Assembly (NCBI RefSeq): GCF_009834535.1
Contig: NC_045697.1
Coordinates: 45,820,001-45,884,000 of the forward strand
Direction of reading: 5' to 3'
DNA from: Camelus ferus
Taxonomy: Eukaryota
DNA: 64,000 bases
Each line of letters begins with the position of its first letter. Within the stretch, counting starts at the first letter, position 1. Position numbers and translations under genes: made by a program. Of the stretch, positions 1-12,323 are shown piece by piece. The notes under the pieces were generated by a model, which was not told where the DNA came from, did not search any database, and was given only the letters and a program-made list of their open reading frames with translations.

Positions 1-899
1 CATCTGAGCACCTATGACTATTCGTAAGAAGGATGGCTAAATAGGCTTCAAAGCTTACAGTGTCACAAGCACACATATCAATACAGTGCACAGTAATATT
101 TGCATGTGAAGGAAATGTCCTCAAATTGGAGCTCTTTGGCATAACTTAACTCCTTGCCACACCTCAACAAGTAAACTGAATAAAATTTCTCCAAGCAGAG
201 AATTGGAGTGGAACTGTGCAAAGAGTCTAGGACAGAAGGGTTGGAGTCATTTGTTTCCAGTTCACCAGCCATGCTCTTACTCGTTGTGTAACTCTGGAAG
301 TTTCCTCATGAGTCAACACAAGAGGATTTGGCGAGATGAATCTCCCTGAACTCCGAACACTACCAAAGTCACCAGTTTCCCTCCCATCTAAATGCTGGGT
401 GCAAGTAGAAATTTAAAAAGAGAATTGCCTTTTTTGCTAGGAATTAACCATGATATTATAAATAAAATATTTTAAGAGAGTCAATCATATGTGACAAAAG
501 AAACACTGTACTGACTCTTTAGCAGTGGCTTCTCCAGTGAAGACAGGGAAATAAGGCACCATGACCTTCGGTTGAACTGTTGCTTGGACGTGTTGTCTTT
601 TAAAGGACGTGATAGAAATTATAGATGTCTGCTAATCACTGTCTGCCATGCTTCTAGGTCATCTAATAGGCTTGTTCTAGTGTTTCTGTTAGCTCCTTTT
701 CTACGGAATGAGACTGCCATACTTGTTTATATCTTTCATGTCAACCTTATGTTCTCATTTGGGGACCTGTGACAAGTAAACGAGCCTGGCTAGGTGAACA
801 GCTTTACATAAAATGAAATGCTATAGTGCTGGGAATTCCTCTTTAATTTTAACTTTAAACTCAATCTTTCGGTTGCATGACTGACCACCTTATTATTAC

Positions 900-985
900 C
901 TGTACTGAAAAAGGTCCCATCAATACTGAATGTCTTAGGTCCACAGACCAAAGACAAATGCTGCCATTGTGCAGCACTGTGTAAC
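900..985 (-). CDS. Candidate exon (86 nt), possibly carrying a stop codon
   Basis: Acceptor gcctgtgcatttccttgacAG and donor CAG|GTAATA; phase 0 reads VTQCCTMAAFVFGLWT*; a further acceptor tttacttgtcacAG lies at 767-768. Confidence 0.25.
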
Positions 986-1462
986 CTGTCAAGGAAATGC
1001 ACAGGCATTGACAACCACTTCTTTCCGAAGTAAGGGGGTTTCACAGGAATGAAAATGCATGTCTATCACTTCTCCTTTTTACTGTACATCGTATTATATC
1101 TATTATACCTTGATGACAATGACTTTTTTCTCATTTTCCCTCTTTTTGTTGGAATACAATCTAGAGAATATTATCCATATCTTTTTTATAGCCCTTCCAT
1201 ACTAACATTTTATCTTCATTAAGCATAATACAATGGGTCTTACATTCTTGATCTCTAAAAAAATGAACAAAAGTAATTTATGACAGACCCAGTCTTTATA
1301 GCATCCACAGATGGACATAATCTTTATTTTTGACTGAAGTTTCAGAGTAGAGTTTCAAACTATTTTATTTTTTGATAGGCATGTCAAACAACACATTTGT
1401 TTAAAAAAAAACTTATATTTTTTCTCTTTTCTAGAATACACTCATACTTTAGTTCTCTATAG

Positions 1463-1665
1463 CAGGGGTTGGTGAACTTTTTCTGTCATGGGCCGGACAG
1501 TATGTACTTTCTATTTTGGGTGTCACACGGTCTGTGTTATAATTAGCTAACTTTGCCATAAACAATGTGTAAATGAATGAGCACAGATGTGCTCCAATAA
1601 AGTTTTATTTACAAAACAAACAGCAGGCTGGATTTGGCCCACAGGCTATAGTTTGCTGACTCCTG
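1463..1665 (+). mobile_element. MER58A-like hAT-Charlie non-autonomous DNA transposon
   Basis: Terminal inverted repeats CAGGGGTTGGTGAACT...AGTTTGCTGACTCCTG; internal CCAATAAAGTTTTATTTACAAAA and GGATTTGGCCCACAGGC match the recalled MER58A consensus; degenerate 8-bp TSD ctctatag/ctctgtct. Confidence 0.85.
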
Positions 1666-2660
1666 CTCTGTCTTATTCTAGAAAGTGTTGTGCAAATCAC
1701 AAACATAGGATGCCAAGATACTTTGATTTAGAATGAGCTTTTCCATCAATTATGTCACTTTGGGCATGTCTCTTAGCCCATGTGGGCTTCCTCATTTGTA
1801 ACGTGAACATGTGTCATCTAGGTGAATGTTATCAAACCCTAACACTTCAGCAGTCACCTGAGGATCCCCTTCACTTGTGAACAAATGCTAGAAAGTTAAT
1901 GATAAAACCTGTGAACAGCTTTTTTTTTTTAATCTTAAAGTATCTTTTTTTTTGCAAAATATTTTAATTTTTGATGGCTCTCCTTTGAAAAGTAAACTTT
2001 TAGAACCACTCTATAAAATGTCTGAGTGATTATAAACGAAATACTCCATTCTCCACACCTGAAGATTAAATACTAGAAAGAAAGGGTCTGAGGATGATCT
2101 GGCTGTGGTACCTGACACCACATGAACAGCCAAGGTTAAGGCTGCTGTTCTGCCCAGCCAGGCAGATGCTCTCTTTCTCTCTCTCTAATTCCTGTCTATA
2201 CTTTTGAAGAAGAGAGTGAGCTTTCAGGAGAAAGATGGGCCTTTGTTTTTTAAACCCTCTGAGGAATATTTGTGGCTGTGGTACATGACAATTGAGGTAG
2301 TACTCAAAAGGTCTGTCATTTTGGTTACAATACAGTACTTCTATTAAAAAGTAGAGATGCTTATAAGATTTGCTTTTCATGGTACATTTCCTTTAGGTAT
2401 TAGTGAATTTATGTGAACTTTCTTCCAGGAAACATATAATTTATAATTCTATCAGAATGTAAAACTATCCAGTATCAGTGGGCCATATTTAACAAAAGAT
2501 CTAAGATCTCCAAATTCTCTGCAGTTGCCTACAGTAATAGAGCTAAGTGAGGGCCATGGTTGCTAGAACACTCCTAATGGACAGATGAATGCCTGCTGCT
2601 ATTTTCAGTACTAACATGGATCATAAAAATCCACTTCCTAGCAAATGACTGCTGTATTAC

Positions 2661-2681
2661 CTGAGGGGAATCTGAGGGCAG
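2661..2681 (-). CDS. Candidate 21-nt micro-exon
   Basis: Long pyrimidine-rich acceptor ttttacattctcatttacgttttcacAG and donor CAG|GTAATA; frame-preserving (LPSDSPQ in phase 0). Confidence 0.3.
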
Positions 2682-3904
2682 CTGTGAAAACGTAAATGAG
2701 AATGTAAAATAATGAAGTAAACTGCTTATTTTACCTTTACATTTCTCTCTGATTAATTTCAATTTTTAAGAATAAGTCACAGAGGATAAAAAGAATATAG
2801 CAATCACTAACATAATTATTACTTGTAAGCAATTTTGTTTTGGAGAATTTATCTTACCTTTTTTCCTTTCTTTCTCTTCAGTTTATTTATTTGTTCCTGC
2901 CTCATTTCAGAAGCACTGATGGTGGCTTCCTAAAGTCTAACTAGGGTTCCCCACTTAGCTTTTAATAAAATGCACTATTTTAACAATTTAAAAATGTGAA
3001 TTTGCTTTCTTTGAGTATTACTTATTTTGTCTAAATGTAATGGAAGTAAAGTAGGAGAGTGGAAGTGGCTGTTAGTTACAGGATAGCTGTTTGCAGCAGG
3101 GAATAAAAAGGAGAAGAAAAAGCAGATTCCAGATCTTTAACTTATGGTAAGGAAATTTCACTCCACATTCAGTATCCTGTGGGGGTAGCTCTCTCATGAC
3201 TCACATTTTCTGTGGGGAAAGCTGCATATGACAATCACTATTTCAGCTGTTTTCAAGCTTAGTTCTTTGCATATTAAGTTCAAGAAGAGTTGGAAAGTAA
3301 TAAATGAAAATTTGCCATAAACATGCATAAAATTAACTTCCTACTTTATAATTCTAACGATTACAGAATTTTATAAAGCTAGATTACTCTAAGGATGCCT
3401 ATCTTAAGAAAAGTAATTTTTTTTTACCATAAATCATTTCATATATTAAAGTCCTTTGGGAGATAGCATAATAAGAAATGATTTACAATGATCTCCGTGG
3501 AATACATAATGTTAATTATAGTTCTCTATTCATATGTTGCTCATTTCAAGTTAGACAAAGGATATCCTACATCTTTCATATTCTAGTAATTCAAGTTTAG
3601 CTGATATTCACTATATAGAACTCTTTGTCAACCTTTAATATAACTACAATTTAATGATAGATGCTCATAATGATGTCTCCAAAGAACTAAAAAAATCTCC
3701 TAAATGCTTTTAAGAAGCTTAGAAAATTCAAATTAGGAGATCTGATGTGGTTGTACTTTCGAGGACAATTTAATAATTCAATTATAGTAGCCTATCAAGA
3801 AAATCGTGTTTTGTCACATGTTCAACTTATATGCCTTACCATGCTACTTTATGATAATTGCAATCCAGTAGAATGTTTAAACAGCTAAGTGAAAAATATT
3901 AGAA

Positions 3905-4102
3905 ATAATAGCTAACATTAATATAGCAGTTACAAAATAGCAGGCAGACATTTTTAAATATATATGACACTGGAGGTAGATACTATGTAGGAACTGAAGA
4001 CCAAAGAGATTAACTTGCCCAAGAAGTTGACAACAGAGTTGACTTGAAGTGAGCTTGATCTGGCTCAGGCAACTCCCCTACTCTTAACCATTATGCTGTG
4101 CT
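3905..4102 (-). mobile_element. MIR SINE fragment
   Basis: aataatagctaacatt...aactgaagaccaaagagattaacttgcccaag...ctcttaaccattatgct matches the MIR core on the reverse strand. Confidence 0.7.
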
Positions 4103-4357
4103 ATCTCAAGAGCTTTCCTCTCAGCGAGAAGGAGTTTACATTCAATTTTTTATTTTAATAGGTCCATAGTTTATCATACTCTGCATTATTTAAAATGTTC
4201 AGAGAGGGAAAATACTAAACCATGGAGGAAAAAGCCTATAACTAAGACTAATTATTTTCAGGAAACATTGCTTCTCATACATTAAAATTGTTGGTATTGT
4301 ACAAATTTGGTCTCTGAGCAAAATGTGTAATTAGTAATGTTCAAAGCAATTATTCTC

Positions 4358-4384
4358 TAAATAAATAAATAAATAAATAAATAA
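4358..4384. repeat. (TAAA)n microsatellite
   Basis: About 7 perfect TAAA units. Confidence 0.9.
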
Positions 4385-6774
4385 TTCTTCCATGAAATTC
4401 AGATGCAGGCAAAGAGGCAAGATTTAATTTTTTAAATGGCTAGTGTAGTTGTAACCTTAATTAGACTCAAAGAAAATTGAAGAAAGAAGGTCTGTTCCTG
4501 ATAGTATCTTGCCAGATAGGAAACCCTAACGCCACAACATAACCTAGTAAAAAGTGTCCTAAGAATGAAAATTAAACAAAATGATAAGGTCTATTAAAAT
4601 TAGCAAGAAAGCCATATTGTTTTAAAAATAATTTTGATGCTAGAAAATGATTTTTATCACCAAATGTTCATATCATAATGAAATAAATCAATAAAATGAA
4701 CTACAACATGAAACTATAGAGAAAATGGTCTGAATAACTCTAATTTTCCAAAATGCTTTTACTACTGTTGACATGACTAAAGCAATCATAATCTATGATG
4801 ATATGGATTAAAAAGGAAAAAAATTGAAAGAAAATGTATGTACATTGACTTGAAAACAGTTCATAACAGTCAGAATTATGCTAGTAGTTGAACATTGCAA
4901 GAGGCAAAATTGAATTGCCTCCTCATTTTCAAAATGAAACATATAAACTTGAACATCTGAACTACTAGGATTATAATATACCAAAAAGCATAAAGGAAAG
5001 GATGGTTACTTAATGGAAAATTACTAAATGGGAAGAAATGCATATGGCCAGAAATCCTACCATATAATTTTTTTCTTTTTTAATATTTAATTTTATCAAC
5101 TACTAATTTCTAGCCCTGTTCTGTAATTCATAATTGGTGCTTCATATTTATGTTAGCATCTATTTAAAGACTTTGCATTGCATATTATAAAATTTATCAA
5201 ATTTATTAGCCAAAAATATACATAAACACAATTAAAAGCATATATTATATAATAATATATCAACAGATATTTCATAAATATCAATTTTAAAGTAACAATA
5301 GAGTTTAGTATTCTTATCTACTAACTTGGTAATATTCAATAACTATAAAATCAACACTTTTATTGTACTTTGAAATTAAAGTTAAAAAGATAATCCTAGT
5401 GACTACAATATAGTTTAACATAGCAAAGACTGGGACAATTGATGTGAACATGTTACTTTATAACTAATTTAAACAAGATTAATACAGGAAGTAACTATAT
5501 TTTATGAATAGCCCTATAACTGATCATACTTCTCTTATGCTTTCTAATTTTAATATTTTAACAGTCTAAATGGCATCTTCCTGTCATTAAGGGGGTTTGG
5601 TGAGGGTCTTTTCTCATTTTAAACCTAATTAATCTCTAAAATATATTGTGCTAAAGTAATAGTGTTAACATAACTCCTTAGTATTTTTGGATAAAAAAAT
5701 AATAATTTACAAGTCTGCCTACTCTTAGCATTTATTTCACATCTACCATTAATCAAGTAATATCATTTAAGTACTTATAAAAATATTATGCTGTTATGGT
5801 CAATATATTACTTAATAATAGATGGATCATTAACTTTCCTTGTATAACAATAACATATAATAGATAAATAATTTAATGTCAGGTACTAAATAATTAAATG
5901 TATGTGCTGAAAACTTTATCATCATAATTTGTCCTTCTTTCAATGAGTCCCATGGCCTTAAAGAAATGCATTTTCCAGGTCCTTGGACTATTTCAAACTT
6001 TTGACAAGTTTATCTAAGAAGAAGAAAAATTAAAAATCTTTAAGGAAGAAAATCAAAATATAGAACTATTTCTGTTTCCAAAATATAAATACAATTGGTA
6101 TTGTCAAATATTCTACCAAGGAAATTACTCTATAAGTTGTAAGGTTTTAGGAAACTATGAAAGGTACATCTATCAACAAACCCTTAAAAGAAAATAAGAA
6201 TCCTGAGCTAGACTGATTTATAGTTGTGTTGTAGTGTGTGCATATCATCTATCTTAGCAAATCCAGTAGTTCTGCAATTGCATTATTAAAACATTCCCCA
6301 AATTTCAACATACTGCATCACCTAATTTGGTGGAGTATTTTTTTTAAATGTTCTTAGAAACTCTGTAATTTGGAATGTGCTTATAGTCAGGATTATAACC
6401 ACCAACTATCATTGAACTGTAGACCCACTGAAGTGGTGGTTATCGGGGCTTTTGCTGCTAAACAATAAGCATATGTCTTTCATTTGCCTTAAAATGAACA
6501 AAATGTGATTAGATAATAATATGAACACTACAGTTGCCACTAATATCTTTTATAATGCATCCAAAAACATAGTATTTCTTTAGCTTATTATCTCATGATT
6601 TATTTAAAAATTGCACTCTTAATTTAGTTATCACTCATGCTATAGCTTTTAAAACAATGGTATTCATCAGTTTACAAAGTAGAAGACAAATTTAGAGCAG
6701 GCAGTAAATTTTCCTTTTAAGACATCTTTAAAGATAGGACTTTTCTGATAACTGCTAAATTAAGTCTCGCATAC

Positions 6775-6854
6775 TGCAACTTTCACAGATGCGGGGTGAT
6801 GAGGTTGAATTTGAAATGATTTTACTCTACCATTAGTCAATGGTTTCCTTTTCT
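6775..6854 (-). CDS. Candidate internal exon (80 nt)
   Basis: Acceptor ctgtttatttttcctttgtggcAG and donor GCA|GTATGC; only one open frame, xKRKPLTNGRVKSFQIQPHHPASVKVA (phase 1 to 0). Confidence 0.35.
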
Positions 6855-6924
6855 CTGCCACAAAGGAAAAATAAACAGGCACTTACACAAATACTGCTTT
6901 TGTACCTTTACTTCCACTAACTCT

Positions 6925-7380
6925 GGGAATCCTAGTCAAAGTATGTTGAGCCTCTCAGTCTATCCTCCATATCTCATGGTTGTCTTACCACATTCCTTAT
7001 CTCTCTGCTTCTTTGTGCTGAATTCTGAGTGAGTTTCTCAGTTCTGTCATCCAGTTCACAAATTTTCTGTTAGCCTATGTTCAATCTAGAATTTATTCCA
7101 CCTAGAGATTTTATTAACTTCAATAAAAACAGTTGTATTTCCAAAAGTTTCACTTGGTTCTATTTATACCAAATTATTTGTGTGTCCTCGCTCCCTTTTT
7201 TGTTTCCTAATTTTTGTTCTTTATTCGTGGATATTATTATCAGACTATTTCATAAAATTAATTCATCTTGGATGCATTCTTCCGAACATCTGCCTAGTTT
7301 TGCTGGCTTCATTTCTTAATGTTAATGAAGTTTGCTCCCATGTTTTGTTACCTTGGTTTGCAAGCTTATCTGGATGAAAG
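6925..7380 (-). mobile_element. Ancient L1M/HAL1-like fragment
   Basis: T-rich decayed sequence (ttctcagttctgtcatccagttcacaaattttc) typical of the antisense L1ME/HAL1 ORF1 region. Confidence 0.5.
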
Positions 7381-8259
7381 GAATCCCTTCTCTCCCCAAC
7401 CCTTCCTTTCTCTCTCTCTCACTTGCGTCACTCTCTTCCTATTATAAGCCCTCTTCATTCTTCTGCATTGTAGTTATTTCCACTTAGCCTCTTAATGAGT
7501 TAAGTCCAGAATCAAACTATAAAATAATTCTTTCTTTGTGGTGATATCACTGATAACACAGATTTAGAAACTAAGCCAATGAGCAACTTGACTCATTTTC
7601 AATTAAAAAAAAGTACTCTATTGGTATTCTTGCTTACTTTGGCCTATGGGGTCTTATAAAGCCATAGCCCCAGGCTCACGATCACAACCATAATTCTAAC
7701 TTCCTTTCCTGAGGGGGCCTGGAATAGGCAAGAGTCATTCCCACCCCAAACACGAAACACAGTAAGCCCATTCTCTCTAATTTCAAGTACTACATAGTTA
7801 CTACATGTTATTCAGACCATGTTTCTGGTCTACAGAGATACTGATCATGCCTTGAGCCCAGCTGTATCTTTCAGACAGTCTTTATTTTCACCTTTCATTG
7901 CTACCTTCTGGAGCAGAGGTAGTGCTTTAAATGTGAATTCACTGTGCTATCCCAACCAGAAATGCAAGTTATTGTTAAAAAGCTACTGATAAGAAATATT
8001 ATAAAGACCAGTGAAGTTAACATATTATCAGACAAGAGGGTTTTAGAAAAGGTGCCTATATAAAAGTCTTTATCTAAGAAAGAACATTTTGGCATACTGA
8101 GATTTGAAATACAAAGCTGATCAATAACCTCTGATCTAACCTATCTGAGGATTGCCTTATCTAACCTATCTGGATAGTAGGGCTGTAGTGCAGTGTAGTG
8201 ATGTGAAGAAGAGAACAGAACCTCCCAGTATAGTTCGCTTTACACCTGAACCGCTGTAT

Positions 8260-8850
8260 TCCTATTCAATGCTGCTGCTCCTTTTAGTTCATCTTACTTC
8301 CTCTCTCCTGGACTAACGCAACAGTCTCCCGGTTAGTCCCCCATTATCAGTTTCTCCTCTTCCATGACCAGAAGAATTACTCTTCTAATAAAAAATGATC
8401 ATGGCAGATCTTCAGATTAATGAATTCAATTGTTCCCTGAGCCTAAAGGAAAGAGACTGACTTTCTAAGCATGACATTCAAGGCCTTTACCATCTGCCCC
8501 AACTTACCTCTACAGCCTCAGCTTGTACTATTGGAACTTACGTGCCTTCTTTAGAACCAAAACATTCCTAACACAAGGCTTCACTCTAAGACTATAAGAG
8601 TTCCTCCCCTCACAGCTCCTTTACTTGAAATATTTTCTTTTTTCCTTAATACATTCCCATCAGAAGGCTGCACTTAAACCAAGGGCCTAGAAAACTCTAA
8701 CTTCCTTTAACCCAGGCTAATAATCAAACAGCTTAGAAAATTCTCACTTCCTTTCACCCAGGCCAAATATCTGCCTTTTCTGCATGCCCCAGCCCTGGGT
8801 TCACACCCCATCTGAGGCACTTATCATATTGTATTAAGTATGTTTAAGCA
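8260..8850 (+). mobile_element. L2 LINE 3' fragment
   Basis: cctggactaacgcaacagtctcc and catgacattcaaggcctttaccatctgccccaacttacctctacagcctca match L2 3' motifs. Confidence 0.7.
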
Positions 8851-9354
8851 AATAATTACAACTAAGATCTTCTAGAGAGTCCTTATCCCATTCACCCTCC
8901 GGATCTTCAATGTTTGTCTTTAACTATTCAGTTGAGCTTTTTACTCAGTTAGTCCAAAAGGACTTTTTATTAGAATCTGGTATTTAATCTTTCATAAGTC
9001 TTCATAATATAACTACTCTCTTAAGGGGGTTTAGTAATTCAAGTTTATTTCTTGGGAAAAGGAAAGAAGTCATTTTCAAGTAGCAACATTCACAGCACAC
9101 ACTTCAAGGCATCTCGGATAAAACTCATATTGTTTCACATCTGTAACTGGATCCTAGAGGAAAAATACTTTTCGTTATATACCAAATATTTAAAGTAATA
9201 ATTGAAAAAGGGATGCTCTCCACTGGAAATGCTCACTGAGGACCATTAGAAAAGGGTGTCAGTGACTCTGCCAAAGGTCACTCATTTGATGAAGGAGACA
9301 GAGCTATAGAGAGAGTGTGGAGCCTGGAAGAAGAAATAGCCACTTCAATTTATT

Positions 9355-9562
9355 TAAATACTGTAGGCCAAGTGTTCCATATAGTTGCGTTATTTAGTGT
9401 TCAGCACAAACCAACCCCCAAAGGAAGATATTGTTTTCCTCATTTTATATGCTAGGAATGTAAGGTTGACAGAGGATAAATAGCCAAAAATCTCATAGCT
9501 AGAAAGTGGCTAGGTCAAAATTTGAACCCAGATCTACTTTATTGTAAAGCCAGTGCTCTAAC
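9355..9562 (-). mobile_element. MIR SINE
   Basis: cctcattttatatg...atagctagaaagtggc...tttgaacccagatct...aagccagtgctctaac is reverse MIR. Confidence 0.75.
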
Positions 9563-10709
9563 TTCCTGTAGGGCACAGATTTAAGGAGACAAAAGAGGCC
9601 TGAGAGACTATCAGTCAGTCAGTGTAAAGTTGCTTAAACATGACCTCAAAGAACTAATTAAATCAAGTGATGAGAACGATGACAGGGATGAGGAGCACAA
9701 TCTGAATTTATCAGTATGTCATCAGGACTCAAGCCATCACCCTGAAGCAACAGTGACATAGTTTAAAAGTTCACTCGATTGTAGATCAAACACAAAATAT
9801 AAAATAAAAATGAAAGATTTATTAAATTCATTTCAAAACTGTTTTATGAACATCTTTGGAGAAAATCACAATGGCGCTCAATCACAAAGCCCTTTCAGAA
9901 ATCTTCCTCTGCCATCTCTGAGATTCGGACAGCATCTCCCTCATCACCAGGACATCCCTGGCACCTCTGCAGTCACCCTCTTTCCAACAAACTGTTCTTT
10001 CCATTTTTCTCTGGAGTCATCCACCAATGAGCCACCCATAAATAAAATTATACACTGTATTACTGCTCTTATCAATAAACAAGGGTAATGGCAAACATTC
10101 AACCCCAAAGATTCTTCTATAAATTCGCTGCATAGCCTTGACCACTACACTCTGCCTGCATTTTCTCAGACAAGTATGTACGGATGGAAGAATTGGCTTT
10201 TTTTTTTTCTCATCATTCTCCATAAATGTAACTTGTCAAAATTTATATCATTCAATCTAAGAACAATAACAATGACAAAATGCCTTGTATTTCATACCAC
10301 ATATTTTTAAATTGTTTCCACAATTCAAAGTGTTAGAAGGATGTCTACTCTAAAGAGAAGGGCCTTCAGTGCCCTCTGAAAGGCTTCCACCTTGAGCAGG
10401 CCACTGCCACCTTGTGGCACTTTGATTCAACGAGTTTTGATAAGTGACCCATTCCTAACACACCACAATGAAGTGTGAACTGGAAGAGGGAGGACCTTTC
10501 CCAATTACTTACTTTGGTGGTAAACTGATTCTAGCTAGATTGTAATGCTGGATAGGTAATTCTTTTCATATCTAGTTTATATTTTCACATGTCCAGACAA
10601 GTCAATCAATCACCTTCTAATGAAATAAAAGATTCAACAACTTAAAATTGTCCCTGAGTTCTGAATGACTTTGAAAAACTGAAAGGTAACCAAAGATCAC
10701 TTTAGTAAT

Positions 10710-11715
10710 TGTGATATCATGATTTATAAGAAATAAATTTATACTTGGCATTCATATGACCAAAATATATTTCTCATATATATATTTGAACTTCATCCAC
10801 AGTTCCTGGCTCACACCTTCCAAAACACTTGGGATTTCTTGAGCAATAAGAATAGGAACATCTTTTATTATAATATTTGGTCTCCTATGCTCAGTCCCTG
10901 AAAGTCATTCAGGGCCACAAAGGTGAAATGGGTATTTTGTTCTTCATAACAAGACCTTTTCCATCACAACTGAGTTTATGCTATGGAAGATGACTTTTGG
11001 AAAGTACTAAGGATGAAGGCTGGTGGCCAGGAGAACCAACCATGTGATTAGAGGGTTGAAAATTTCAGTCCCACCTTGTGATTACTAGGGAGGAAAGAGG
11101 GGCTAAAGTTGAATCAATCACCAATGGCCAGTGAGCTAATCTATCATGTCTATGCACTAAAGCTTCCATAAAAAAACAGAAAGAGGGGGTTCAGAGAGCC
11201 TCCAGGTTGGGGAAGCAAAACAATTCCAGATGCCACCATGCCTTGCCCAAGTTCCACAAGAATAGAAGCTTTTTTGCCTGGGACCTCTCACTGTTCATCT
11301 CTTCATCTGGCTATTGATCCATATCCTTTAATATACTTTGTAATAAATCAGTAAGCCAATGAGTAAACAGGCTTTCCTGAGTTCTGTGAGCCATTCTAGT
11401 AAATCAACCAAACCCAAGGAGGCGGGGCGTGAGAACCACTGATTTATAGTCATCGGGTCAGAAGTACAGTTAACAGCCTGGACTTGTGATTGGCATCTGA
11501 ACTGGAGAGTGGTCTTGTGTGACTGAGCCCTTTACCTATATAATCTGATGCTATCTCCAAGCAGATGGTATCAGAATCAAGTTAAATTCTTGGACACCTG
11601 CTGGGTGCCTGAGAATTACTTGTTGGTGTGGAGAAGCCTACACACACACACACACCACACACACACACACACACACACCACACACACACACACACACTTT
11701 GGAATTGGGTCCAGG
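10710..11715 (+). mobile_element. MER21-family (MER21B/C-like) ERVL solo LTR
   Basis: Starts TGTGATATCATGATTTATAAGAAAT; contains gagaaccaaccatgtgattagagggttg, aatcaccaatggcca, AATAAA near 11342 and ctgagttctgtgagccattctag, all diagnostic of MER21. Confidence 0.85.
11640..11697. repeat. Interrupted (CA)n microsatellite at the LTR 3' end
   Basis: About 28 CA units with two single-base interruptions. Confidence 0.95.
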
Positions 11716-12247
11716 AACCCAAAAGAGTAAAAGACATTGCATATATAGTTGTCACCCTTACTCTATTTTTGATTAATAATTTTTAGTATGGGTTTCACAT
11801 ATGCTTTTACTTCATTTTGACTATTAGAATGCATTTATTTTAAGCCCTTAATTAATCGTCTGTTCTATTTATAATATAGATACCCTACCCTACCCTAACT
11901 ACACTAAATAAAAATCCACTTGTTATTAGCTATCTCATCTTCACCTGAATTGGGAAAATTTGATTTAATGTATTCTTTAGTTTACTAGTAATAAAAATCA
12001 TGAAAATAATCAGAGTTCATGTGTCTGATTTGGCTGCAAGACCCTTCAGAAAGAACTCCCTTCCTGCTTCCTCAATTATTTTTATATGGTTTTGGTTTGT
12101 GCTTCCATTTTATCTTCTAGGACAATATTCACTACATGTCATTTCACCTCTAAATTATTTTTATATATCTCTCTTTTTTTCCCTAACACAATAGAAGTCC
12201 TCATCTTTTTTGTATCCATGGTACCCTTCTGAATATAAAAATACCTG

Positions 12248-12323
12248 ATCACAAACTTGACAGACTTATATTTAATTATTACCAAATCACAAACTTGAAA
12301 GACTTATATTTAATTATTACCAA
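12248..12323. repeat. 38-bp tandem duplication
   Basis: atcacaaacttga(c/a)agacttatatttaattattaccaa occurs twice head-to-tail with one mismatch. Confidence 0.95.

Noticed and set aside
10513..10616. Minus-strand exon candidate with AAA|GTAAGT donor and tcttttatttcattAG acceptor
   Set aside because: Stop codons in all three frames, so not supportable as coding; a non-coding exon cannot be excluded.
12248..12323. CRISPR-like repeat
   Set aside because: Only two adjacent copies with no spacer, no cas genes, and eukaryotic context.
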